Origin: Camelus ferus
Taxonomy: Eukaryota
Reading direction: 5' to 3'
Assembly (NCBI RefSeq): GCF_009834535.1
Contig: NC_045696.1
Coordinates: 84,136,001-84,200,000, forward strand
DNA: 64,000 nucleotides
A program made the translations under genes and the position numbers. The notes under the pieces were generated by a model. It was not told where the DNA came from. It did no database searches and saw only the letters and a program-made list of their open reading frames with translations. Below are positions 52,638 to 64,000 of the stretch, one piece after another. Numbering within the stretch: position 1 is the first letter of the stretch; each line of letters starts with the position of its first letter.

Positions 52638-55600
52638 ATCAACTAAGCTAAATTTTGTCATTGTAAAAATAAGTAAATAAAAGCTTCTTTGGTAGCAAAG
52701 TTAAGTAAATGCCAAGAAAAGAAAAATTAAACATAAAAATGCTTGTAGTGTATGAGTGACTAGATTATAGTTACTGTTAAGAAACACTTCTCCTTCCCCT
52801 CTTTGATATATGACTAGTTTAGAATCAAGGTCAATAAGATAGAGTGTAATCTAAAAATACTAAGGCACTTTCTAGTGTTTACTATCTGTAACATACCAGA
52901 TACCTAATTTTGTACTTTATCCTGCAGTTGGATAACAGCTACAATAATCACATTACTTTTTCTAAATTTAATAGGGATCTTATCAATATTTTAGTAGTCA
53001 GAGTTCCTCAGATTGATGATTCTAACACACCCTTACTATGTATCAGATTCTACTCTCTATAAGAAAGGGTTTGAGATTGTATTTTTATGATCATGTGTAT
53101 TGGCAAAATTGATCATTTATTACATGTAAATAAGGTAAACAAACTTTTATCTATATAGCACTTTAACTTTGTTAAGCATTTAATATTTACATTTTAATAC
53201 AAATTACTATAGTTCTATAAGCTGACTTGGTTATATCTTGCATTCCACAGATAAGGAAACTGTGTCATTCAAAAAACAAATTGATTGACATTCAATTAAG
53301 TATTGGGAGACAAGATTAGCTCTCATTTCCATTGACTCACAGCCTTATGATCTTATTAGTTTGCTACTTATTAGAAAATTTATCTCCTTTTCAAAAGCAG
53401 AGATTGCTTGGGACCCCACTATGGACAGGGGACTGGGACAAATGCAGATTGATAGACATGCTCCCTATGGATAAGATGGTTACCACTTAAATGGAATGGT
53501 GCAAGATTTGCACAAGAAATTTACTAACAATATACAGTAAATACTAGAAGATTAGTACAACTTGTAAACACTAGAAGATTCGTGAAAAAAGAAAGGAGAG
53601 AACGGAGAGGGGGCACCAGAGACTGAAACTGCACAGACTTCATGGAAGAGGAAGGATTTGCACTGGGCTTTAGAAGAATGAAGAGTGAAAAGTCCCATAT
53701 GCAATGGGGAATTATTGTAAATTTCCAAGTAGGCTAGTGGGATGATTAGGCAGTGCTTTATAGATATATTTGGTAGTCACAGTGCCTTTGGTCAAGCTGG
53801 ATAACTTGTCTGAACTCTCTCCCTATTCTCCCTCCACCCCCATTTTTTTCTAGATAACTTCTGTTGGTCCTGAAAATCAAATTTGGGTTTTAGAAAGCTT
53901 TTCTGTTCTTTCCATGAAAGATTCCACATCTTCCCTTCTCCCTGCTAGGAAAAGTTCCCCTAGTACCTTGTGTTGTTTTTTGCACAGTAGTTATATTAAA
54001 ATTATTTGTTTGTCTTCCCACTGGACTATAAACTTCCTGAGGTCAGGAGCTCTGCATCTCTCCTTTCTGTGACCTCATCACAACAGTAGCTACTCAATGA
54101 ACATTTGTTGCTTTAATCTGAATAGTAGTGATGTTCAGGACGTGTTAAAGAGGGAAAGACTGAGGTCCAAAAGATAGGTTAAGAAACCACTGCAACCATT
54201 CAGGCACTAAGTAATGAGTATTTAAAGGAGCAGCCTCGCTGGGAATGGTAAGTGACTGGTGAAGTAGAAAGGCATTTATTGGAGTGTGTGACTACCTAGA
54301 TATGGGTTAAGAAGGAATAGATGGTTCTAAGGTTCTAAGTTTGACTTTCTAGGAAAATGAGAAGACTTTGATTTTTCCTTCTTCTGTAGCAGTCCTTAAC
54401 TGGGCACCATGGACTTCTGGAGAGTTCTGGGCTAGATTGCAGTGTCCTTGAAGCCCTTGAAATTATTAGCAAGTTTATGAGTGTAAGGTCATATATAATT
54501 TCCTCAGGAAAAGCTTCACAGTTGTCATTAAATTTTTGGCAGTCAAGATCTTTGAACTTGTTAAATACTATACTTTTATTCAAAAGTATAGTAATAACTA
54601 AACGAGAGCCCTAGTCCTTCTGAGAGATATCATTCTTTAAACATGTTGACTGATGTGACACCTCACAGTGTCTTTTATCAACTGTTGGAACCAGATTACA
54701 GAAAACAGAACGTGATATTGAAGACCAAGAGCTTTGCCACCTCCATCCTCTATGACTTTGATTTTTCTCTTATTACTAAGTGGGATGCTGATAATACATG
54801 CCTCTTAGGGTTATTGTGAGGAGAACTATGAGAAAAGGTTTGTAACATTTATAGTCTTCAATATTTATTATTATTCTCATTCGACTTTAAAATTTATTGA
54901 GACTCCAATACAGTGCCAACGGTATCCTGGGTGCTCCCTCTCTTTGCTGTGTCTCATTTAATCCCCACAATAAGTTTGATAGAGATTTATTTTTATATTC
55001 AGGTTACAGTTAAGATGTAGACCAGTAAACACTCTCCTGTGGTCACACGGAGAGTAAATGGTGGAGTCAAAATTGTAAGAGTCAGGAAACAGGTGTAATG
55101 CGGGGCAGACATGAGGGAGAGCACAGAAGGAGCAAATGATCAGCGATAGGATGAGCAGCAAGATAAGCCACGGAGACTTTCAGAAAGAGACAACAGCTGC
55201 CGTGGGACATGAAGTGTCATCTTTTTGCTGGGCTAGAGATCCACCCCAGGCTTGGCCAGCCTCAGGACTCTTAAGTGGGTGAATGTGAACCATGTATGGG
55301 TGAGAGGAAGTGACCTCAGGGAAAATGAGGCTGGATGTGGGAATAGATAAGTCATGACCAGCTGCAGGGTGATTACAAATGTTCATTTACTTTCCCCTTT
55401 TGGGTACTGATACAAATTGGAATGCAGGTTTACATTAAACATTGTCCAGATATGTTTTCTATGTGACAGAAAGCAATTTAAACTCAGCCCTTGAGGCCAA
55501 TGGAGTATTTCTCTCCACCCCCCACCCCCCAACACACAGAGGAAATTGGTTAGAAAGTGACAGAAAATGTTATGTACTCACATAACAGTCCAAGCCCACC

Positions 55601-56224
55601 AATCAAGGATCGTGTTATATCTCAATCCTTGTTGGCAGCCCCAAGACTTGATTTGCCTGTTTCTAAGCCTGAATCTCCCAAGGATGACTCAAGCCCACTG
55701 TATCAAAACTGGGGTTCGAAAAAATAAGAATAGGAATTTAAGGGAGCCCCATCCAAGGCATTTTGTCATTAAAGAAGAGTCTGGGTATAAGGGAGAGGAA
55801 AGATACAACACCAATCCGTGGTAGATCCTGCAGACCCCAGTGGATCTGTCTTAAAACAGAAATTCTGAATTGTTTTCTTTTGTTTTCTGCAGCTTTAACC
55901 TGTGTAAGACCCCTTTAAGCACAATGGTTGCATATGGCAGTAAATTTCTGTCTTTCAAGGAGATGGATAATGTTGACACATGCTAAAACATTCATGATTA
56001 TTTAGTTGTTGTCTATCCAGTCTTTCTGCTACCCATTCTTTTACCTTTAGCTGTATCCTTTTGACAATTGTAGAGGAGAGTCAAGGAAAAAGTAATTGAA
56101 TCACATCTAGAATAAATATCAAGATTCACAAAATTTGGATTTAACAATATACATTTATGTATTGACTGAGATTATGATTTTGAATTATATTTTGATTAGA
56201 AGGCCATGGAATTTAGCACATTAG

Positions 56225-56410
56225 CTTTGACTTGGGATAGACTTGAGTTTGAATCCGAGCTCTGTCCCTTGACTTGTCCTTGAGGCTGCAAATCAACCTC
56301 CTCAAAACCTCTACTCCATATGTTAATGGAAATAATAATACGAACTTCCTAGGGTTTTTGTGAAGATTAAAAATGATCATCTTTATTAAGTGCCTAACAC
56401 ATGGAAGTGC
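56225..56410 (+). mobile_element. MIR SINE
   Basis: gacttgagtttgaatccgagctctg...ggtttttgtgaagattaaa...agtgcctaacacat. Confidence 0.65.
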
Positions 56411-58239
56411 TACAGTCACACCTGGCTATTCATGGCTCCAATAATTGTGGCTAATTAGAAACTGGCTGAAGATTATACTTTTATTAAATGGTTGAATGAC
56501 TTTCTATCGCTGTAGGTTTCATTGGACTGTATTATGAGCAAGACTGTTACTTAGATGACTCTGGTGATAATTAGGCCTTATTAGATGTTGTAAGAAGGCT
56601 TGCAGTATTCCTTGTCATTATCCTCAAATCACTGGACTATTATACTAAAAATAGCCAAATTATAGGTGGACCAGAACATTTATCCTCCACCTTTTAGAAG
56701 CCCATACTCAATTCAGTATAAAAAAAAGTGTGGAATGAAAATAGAAAAAAAGAACAACCCCAAAGCCTCAAAACCATCATGCTGCATATAATCTTTCTTA
56801 GCAGGAAATTAAAAGGAAGGAGCTGAAAACAATTGACATAAAATAAGTTATTTTCATTATCAGGAGGTTTTAATGCGCCTGTTGTGAGTTGTGTCCATTC
56901 CCCGTTAGCCGGGGTTCTGAATGAATTAACATCTTGCAAAAGTGCGTAATATTTTACCAGCAAATGATTTAGGCTGGTAAATTTTTGCCACAGCATGTTC
57001 ATTGGTTTGAAGAATTATAATTAAGAAGCTTGTTCAGTATTTGGCAATTAAGACAATGATCTAATGAGACTTGTTGCCCAAGCTAATTTCTGGCCCCAGA
57101 TGTGGGCCTACCTGTCAGCTAAGCAAGGATCCTGGGCTTGAGCAATCATGTCTGCATCCAGACCAGAGAGCACAGGGGCAAAGGCCCATCAGGGCACAGA
57201 GAGAGCTCCCTGGACCGGAGCTGTCCTGGGACTTCCCTCAGGTCGGAAGTACACATAGCTTCCTGTTGAAGGACCGTGCACTCTTTTCTTTTCTTTCATA
57301 AAGAAAGTTTCCAACTTGGTTGTAAAATGTAAATGGATGCTTTTAGCATCCATGAAATCAGTAAGTACTAGTTTCTTCTTCTTCTTCTTTTTTTTTTTTT
57401 TCTTTCTTTTTAATGAAATGGGAAAGTGAGCACCCGTGATCCTGTTGACTTGAAATCATGGAAGACCAGTGCCTGAGAGAATCTTTGAGATTCGCTGGTT
57501 AAGGCCCCTCTTCAGGCAAGCTGAGGTTGAGAGACTTGCATAGGATCTGGAGTCCTAACTTAGGGTCCTGCATTTGAAGGACTGGCCAACTCTTTTGTTG
57601 TTTTCCTCCTGTAATGTTTATGTTTATTTTATTCTGAAGAAATTTAGTTCCCTTTCAACTTTTCACCCCTTTCACAGGGCCTATTGGGAAGATGTGTGGT
57701 GTGTCCACAAACTGAAGGAAGTCACGTCAACTGTGACAATGGGTGGGAAGGATGATAGGTTACTAATGCCTCCTCTGTGTGCCTCAGGAGCCAACAATCT
57801 TCTTTAAGGACTGTTGGCCTCTGCTTCTGGCTCATAGCAGCTTGGACGCCTGCCAGGAACTGTTTCATGGTGTGAAAAAAACTTGAGTGTATACAGTTTC
57901 TGGAAGGAAGCTTTATACTTCTAGAGAAGAAGCCAAATAATTGAAAACTTAGGTAAAACTCTCACCCTGTTTTGTTGGGTAATTGTTACTTCAAAAAGAT
58001 AGAGTATTTTCTTTCCCCTTTCCCCCAACCATTTATCTGGGAAGTAAGTTATGAGCAACCCAGAGCTTCTCAGTGGAGCTGGGGGAAAATGATGTGAAAT
58101 GTGAGGAAATGTAACTGGGATAATGAAACAAAAGTTTTCACAGTATCATCTCTTCCAAGTCATCCGTTTTATTAAAAACGTTTTGGTAGCCAACTTGTGC
58201 AGTGTTTCAAGAATTTTCCTCTTCATTTTTTTTAAACAG

Positions 58240-58337
58240 ATTTAAAGTAGAACAGAAGTTAGACTTCAAGGAAGCTTTGTATTCTTTGAATATAACTGAG
58301 GTATTTAGTGGTGGCTGTGACCTTTCTGGAATAACAG
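58240..58337 (+). CDS. SERPINI2: SERPINI2 coding exon 5 (FKVEQKLDFKEALYSLNITEVFSGGCDLSGIT)
   Basis: tttaaacag acceptor and G|GTAATA donor. 98 nt, phase 2-1, completes LPRF and carries DLSGI. Confidence 0.96.
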
Positions 58338-60684
58338 GTAATATGAAAAATAATTCTTATATTATCATGTTAATATGTTTCCTAGTAACTATGTTAACTG
58401 ATCTTAAAACTGAAAGAGTGTTTGGCCCCAGAAAATACATACATGGGAAATAGATGTTGGTCAGGCCGGGCTGTCTGTAAACAAGCGCTCTATTTTGCAT
58501 TTAAGTAGTTTTCCTTAATGGAAGTCAGACAGCATTTTTAGAAAGTTAGCTGAGCCTTCTAACCACACTTACAATGAAACTACGTAAGTAAAGTCTTATT
58601 TGGGCTTTTATTTCAGCCCTGTTTGGATTTCCTTATCTGAATAATGGGAATTGAAACTTTGAGCTTCTCTTCTAAGCAGAGCTAATAAAACTCTTATAAA
58701 CCAACTTGCAAATGTTAATTCGGTAATATTAGAGCCCACAAAATAGTCACCCACAAGCTGCTGCGTGATGAGCACAACCTAGAAATTGTAAAGCCGCAGC
58801 TTGTGGATTTAGCTTGAGACTGACAACAAGTCTGAGGAGAAGAGCTTTTATGCTCACTGGCACCTGGGAAACTGTGCATGGTTAAGATGCTCATTTACAC
58901 AATGATGCCCAAGACAGTCTTTAATTTCTCTCATCTTGGCAGTACCCACTAGTCCAAAAATAACCAGAGAGGAAAAAAAAAAAAAAAAAAAACGGATAAA
59001 GAGGGTCAATTTGTTTCAAGTTACTTGCCCTCTTTTAAATTCGGTCTTCTGTTTTATATAAAAGGAAGTCCTAATGATAAAAGCTTGTCTGTCTGATGGG
59101 GTTGGGTATCATAACACAGAATTATTGTGTATTCCTATATAAAATCTGGGCTTTGGGGAAATTGTCATTAATTTTGTGAGTAAATGAATAGAATGAATGA
59201 GTTTTCCTGGTGGAGGAGAAGGGTGGGGTACCCAGTGACATAGGTGTTCATTATCTCCTTCACACATGATTTAGCTGCCCGTTTTCCCACTGATGGATAG
59301 ATCTGACTTCTCTGACAATTTCATCAGCATCGGGAATGAGACAGTCAACATTAAATACTGCGGCAGGATGCTATCCAAGTGTGGCCTGGAACACAGCCAC
59401 TTCACCAACCTGAAAGAAACTAAACCATTTTTTAAACACCTCTTCCTCTTGAATTTCTTTCTGGCCTTCAGAAACTCACTTGCTGTATCTCAGACATTTC
59501 AAACAGCCACGCACTCTGCAAATTCCTGGCAATTTGTGACTTCTATAAAATCTCCTTTACAAGTGGATTTATCACGAAAAAACCTCTAAAATACTTTATA
59601 GAAGAATTTGTGCAAGAGAATAACCCTGAACAGAGTAGAATAAGTGTCCAACATTTTCTGCTCTGGGTTACCCACTTCCCTCTCGAGTTACCTATTCGAG
59701 TTGTTCTAACTGTGCTGGTTCTGCCTTACTGCCTGAAGTAAGACAGCCACAGCCAACCCTGGCAGTATTTCTGGTCTTTGGGAGAACAGTGTTATCCCTA
59801 CTTACCATGCGTACAGTACACAGTCACCAAAGGCCGCTGTGAACCAGACCAACATGAATGCTATGGGATGCTTGCAAAAGAGACATATACTCATGTCGTT
59901 CACAAGTTCTGAATGAAATGTTTTCAAAGAGGTATTTTGGAAATTCTGAGATGACTGACTTCTGTCATTACCTCTTGTGTCACCTTTAGTAAAGTGTTTA
60001 GCCTTTCTGAGCCTCAACTTTCTAATGTTACATGAGATAATATATCCTAATGGTGGAAATAAATAAAAGAATGTAGGTGTATCATCTCGATCAACATCTG
60101 TCATACAGTAGATATTCAGTTAAATCCAAAAACTAAGTAGGCAAATGGCACATTAATATTTACTTGCACATCTTCTAGCAAAGCTATTTAAAGTTTCTTG
60201 TCCTTGACTTGATAAAGATATAATTGGAATTTTCATAGAAAATTGAAGGAAAAATTATTACAAAGGTGTAGAAACCAGTGAGTTTATGGAGTCCAGATTC
60301 CTTGTTCTGATCTATCCTCTCTCAGCTCCTCTGCTTTTTCCGAGCCTGGACCCTCTCTGTATCAGACGAATGCGGGAGACCAAGCTGCTCAGTCTAATAG
60401 CCGGGGAGTCCCTTGGTCTGGTGCCAGTGCTAAACTGGGTGAAATTCTCCACTATACCCCAACCTGCCTTTTAGTCTTCATTCTTTGTAGGGGACCCTCG
60501 GTCATCTACTCTTGCTGTATATGTGAATCATATCTTATTCTAGGCAGTTGTGGGGAAAAGAATGTGCTTATTTGCATGACCTAAACAGACCATACCCCTG
60601 TATTTCAGTTAATCCACACTAATGATGTGGACGCCCCCTTTTCTCTATCTTAACGTGTTTCTATCACTAGACATACTTACATCC

Positions 60685-61150
60685 ATTGATTTATTTATTT
60701 GGCAAGTGTTTAATGTAAGCCTGCTATGGGCCAGGCAGTTTCCTAGAGTTGGACGAAACTTCTGGTGAAGTTTTACATCTGTTAGGGCAGATGGACAATT
60801 AACAGGTAATTAATTAGTTAAACGATAAGGTGATAGATGTTATGAATTAACTAAAACAGAGTCATGGGATAAAGAGATTAGGCCAGAGCAGAGCAGAATT
60901 AGACGGTGTGGGAAGGAAAGACCGCTACGAGGATGTGGTGTTTTTGCTGAGACCTGAGTACCAAGGAAGCCAACCAGGGAGAGTGCTGGGAAAGGGGCTT
61001 TAAGCAGAAGGAGAGCTGGGCTAAAGCCTTGATACTTGACCTTGTAACTGGAGCTACCGGATGAGGCGAGGAAGGTAGATGAGGATGCGTGAAAATCAGG
61101 GGCCCAGATGGAGTCATCACAAGCAATTTGGAGTTTATTTTCAGGAAGCC
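60685..61150 (-). mobile_element. L2 fragment
   Basis: atttatttatttggcaagtgtttaatgtaagcctgctatgggccaggca...gctgagacctgag...aggaagccaacc. Confidence 0.65.
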
Positions 61151-62171
61151 ATTTTTTATGCAAATAACCCTCCAATGGCTTCTGACTCTCTTGCCTGAGG
61201 GGATTTACTTTTCTGTGAGCTCTCAGAGCTGCTTCCCCTTGACTGAAGTATTTCTTCATGAATCCTTCTAAATCCAGTTAGTTTTGGTGGAGTCACATCA
61301 GCTTTCTCTCTCAAGAGAGACAAAGATCCTTTCTTTCCTTTCTTTTCAAGTTTCAAGACCCATCTTCCTCTCCTCTGCCCTCTTGTCTCCACTGAACCCA
61401 TGACCACATTTCTGTGGGGTCTCTGAGGAACCTTGTCAGATCTGTCTGGTCGTGACAGATCAAGGATGCCAGATGGCTTCTGAATTCATGGTTTCACTTC
61501 CCCCTTCTCAGGGAGACTCCCCTCCTAGGTCATTAATCAGAAACGCTTCACACATACACACGAGGGGAGAAGGGGGCACTCTGTCAGCTTGTATCCCCAC
61601 CAGAACGAAACGTGGTAAGACAGTATCTTATGCTGAGGAATTTGATAGGTTTTAAAGTATAGTTCTGAAGTGATTTTGTAACAGATGACACAAAAGCTCT
61701 TTAGACTTTCATCACCTCACCAGTTTTGAAGGAAAGTAACTTTTATTCTAAACTCAGATCAAAATCAAATACAGAATTTAAAAGGCAGGTTGGCTTTGAG
61801 GTTGAATACATGGGGTGGGATTAATTCAAACCTGTAAAGCCTTTTTCATCTCATCTGTAGACCACGACTAAGAGGGGCAAAACCCTGTGTCCATTCAGAT
61901 GTTTCAGTTAGTGGGATACCTGATTTGAAGCTAACTCCCTTCTGTTTTTACCTTTTATATCTGGGCTGAACTTTGTCTTTCGATATCTATCTCTCTATCA
62001 TCTTTGCAAGCACTAAACCTAAACTCATCTTTATCTCTAACAAATTAACTAACTTGGAAAGAGCTTGTTTTTTGCTTTTCTTTGTTCATTTGACATATGT
62101 AATTAACCTGGGATCCAATAAGTGATGGCTCTGAATTTTAACCCTAAATGCACTTTCATATTTTCCAACAG

Positions 62172-62258
62172 ATTCGTCTGAGGTGTATATTTCCCAAGTC
62201 ATGCAACAAGTTTTCTTTGAGATAAATGAAGATGGTGGTGAAGCTGCAACATCAACTG
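62172..62258 (+). CDS. SERPINI2: SERPINI2 coding exon 6 (DSSEVYISQVMQQVFFEINEDGGEAATST), strand 5A and hinge
   Basis: Not in the ORF track on the + strand. ttttccaacag acceptor and G|GTAGGA donor, 87 nt, phase 1-1, serpin hinge motif. Remaining exons are outside the window. Confidence 0.95.
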
Positions 62259-62534
62259 GTAGGACAAATGATGTCACAGAAGCCGGGAGGAAGGACTGGG
62301 GGAAATGAGCTTGAGGGTGCTGGCACTTTGCAGTCTTCTGATCTTCCCTCCTGCTGTCCAGTACACTGTAGGAAGAAAAAGTAATGGTTATATAAGCTAT
62401 TTATGCATCTCTGTGGCCACAGCTTAATACAAAAGGGAAGGGATTTGATTAAGAGTTGAGGACCATCTACTAATATTTATACTTAATTGTAAATTGAATT
62501 ACCTGCCGATTAGCCGATAGGATCTATTATTATG

Positions 62535-62725
62535 TTTTTAATTGAAGTATAGTTTACAGTGTTTCAGGTGTACAGCAAAGTGATTCAGTTATACATCTAC
62601 ATATAGATCTATTCTTTTTCAGATTCTTTTCCATTATAGATCATTACAAGATATTGAACACAGTTCCCTGTGCTGTACAGTAGGTCCTTGTGGTTTACCT
62701 CTTTTATGTATAGTAGTGCGTGTCT
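62535..62725 (-). mobile_element. Cetartiodactyl-type L1 3' end
   Basis: tttttaattgaagtatagtttaca...ggtgtacagcaaagtgattcagttatac...gttccctgtgctgtacagtaggtccttg. Confidence 0.85.
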
Positions 62726-62731
62726 TTTAAT

Positions 62732-63095
62732 GCACATTAGAATCAGCTGGAAAGCTTTTAAAAATTCTATGTATGTATGCCCAGCCCACATCCCAAAATA
62801 ATTAAATCAGTATCTCTGGAGATGAGATCCAGCCTTCAATATTTTCTTTCATTTCCCTGAGTGATTCCAGTGTGCGTCCAGTGTGTGTCCAGTGTTGAGA
62901 ACTCGTGCTCTCCGGTGACTTGCAGCCTATCCTTGCTGCTGTTGGTGTAATTGCATAGGCCAGCCGCGGCAGCACTTGGTAACTTGTTAGAAACGTAGCA
63001 CCTCAGGCCCAGTTCCAGACCTACTAATTCAGCATCTACATTTTTCATGGTCTCCTGGTGACCTGTGTGCACGTTTCGATTTGAGGACCTCGCTT
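62732..63095. mobile_element. Two adjacent MER5-family hAT fragments
   Basis: cacattagaatcagctgg...ttgagaac, then aacttgttagaaacg...ctcaggccc...ccagacctactaattcag. Confidence 0.7.
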
Positions 63096-63199
63096 CTATG
63101 ATGTATTTCTTTGAACAAATAGCATTTTGAATAGTACCTATGCTGCATAAAAATAATACTCAAAAAGTAAGTGGAGAAAAGCCTAAAATTCAGTTAGAA

Positions 63200-63517
63200 A
63201 TGGAAAAGTCTGCATGACAGACCTTACTAAATAATCCTTATATACCATTAACTTTCCCCATACGTTTACCTTCCCACAATTTACCACCCCTAGAAGCCCA
63301 AATCCCCTTTTCCTTTTTCTAGTCACTTCTTCACAATTTACTACTTCTTGTTAAAATGGCATATAAGCTCTCAAGCCTAAACACTTCTTTGTTGTGAAGC
63401 TCCTGTGCGGATACAAAATAAAATGATTTCTTCTATCAATCTGTCCTTTGTCACTTTAATTGACACACCTCAATCACAAACAAAAATTATAGAGGAAAAG
63501 TTTTTTTCTTCTGTACA
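63200..63517 (+). mobile_element. MER34/MER39-like ERV1 LTR, 3' half
   Basis: aaaatggcatataagc...aataaa...aatctgtcctttgtcactttaatt...tagaggaaaagtttttttcttctgtaca. Confidence 0.7.
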
Positions 63518-64000
63518 ATTGTTTTTCAATTCTGATCACATGTTGCATTTCAAAAACTATTTTCATGGATCTGAAAAAATTATACGAAAGTGTTACATTA
63601 TTGGTAAAGAAAACATTTGAATTGAGTTAGAAATATTTAATCTAGAAATTAAAAAAAATCCAGTCATTTAAATGTATCCACTCTGAAATATTGACAAATG
63701 CCACACTGGAGCAGTCTGATAGAAATTATTACAGTAAATAATTGTAAAGGCAGAAGACCTCTCTTTCTAATATAATAAAAATCCTATGCACATTCAAAGC
63801 ACAAATCCTAAAAGCTCTGAGCTCACAGAATAATTTTGCAAAAATTAAAAAAGAATAAATTTGAACTCAGATGTGATTACTACAAGCCTGAAGAATAGAA
63901 ATAAAGTGCAAACATACCTGGATAGGAATTAAGAGTTGAAACATTATAAAACAAATTATATAATGCAAATAAATGTGAGCAGAAAGTTACTGTTTAAAAG

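Noticed and set aside
57333..57353. 9-bp hairpin atggatgct-ttt-agcatccat
   Set aside because: A stem of this length is expected by chance in 64 kb and is too short for a pre-miRNA.

Overview
Mammalian genomic DNA, AT-rich and repeat-dense. A tRNA-Ala-derived Vic-1-type SINE, cetartiodactyl-type L1 ends and no recognisable Alu, Bov or PRE-1 copies point to a camelid. Two + strand genes lie in tandem. (1) The last six coding exons of WDR49 (1752-34510) have GT-AG boundaries and compatible phases, with a stop codon and AATAAA at about 34.5 kb. (2) About 6 kb downstream is SERPINI2 (pancpin): a putative promoter and first exon near 40.4-40.6 kb, a possible 60-nt 5' exon, and six coding exons (42655-62258) that reach the hinge; the RCL and C-terminal exons lie beyond the window. 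The rest is intronic or intergenic MIR, L2, L1, MaLR/ERVL/ERV1 LTRs, MER5 and microsatellites. I see no new multi-gene system. The most notable observations are a GATA/FOXA/NR5A2/PTF1 motif cluster at the SERPINI2 start, an intronic PTF1+HNF1 pair, a Gly at hinge P14, a uORF/N-extension mini-exon, an in-frame alternative donor in WDR49, and a nest of retroelements that includes an apparently L1-retroposed LTR U3-R transcript. Gene and repeat names rest on recalled sequence, not database searches.
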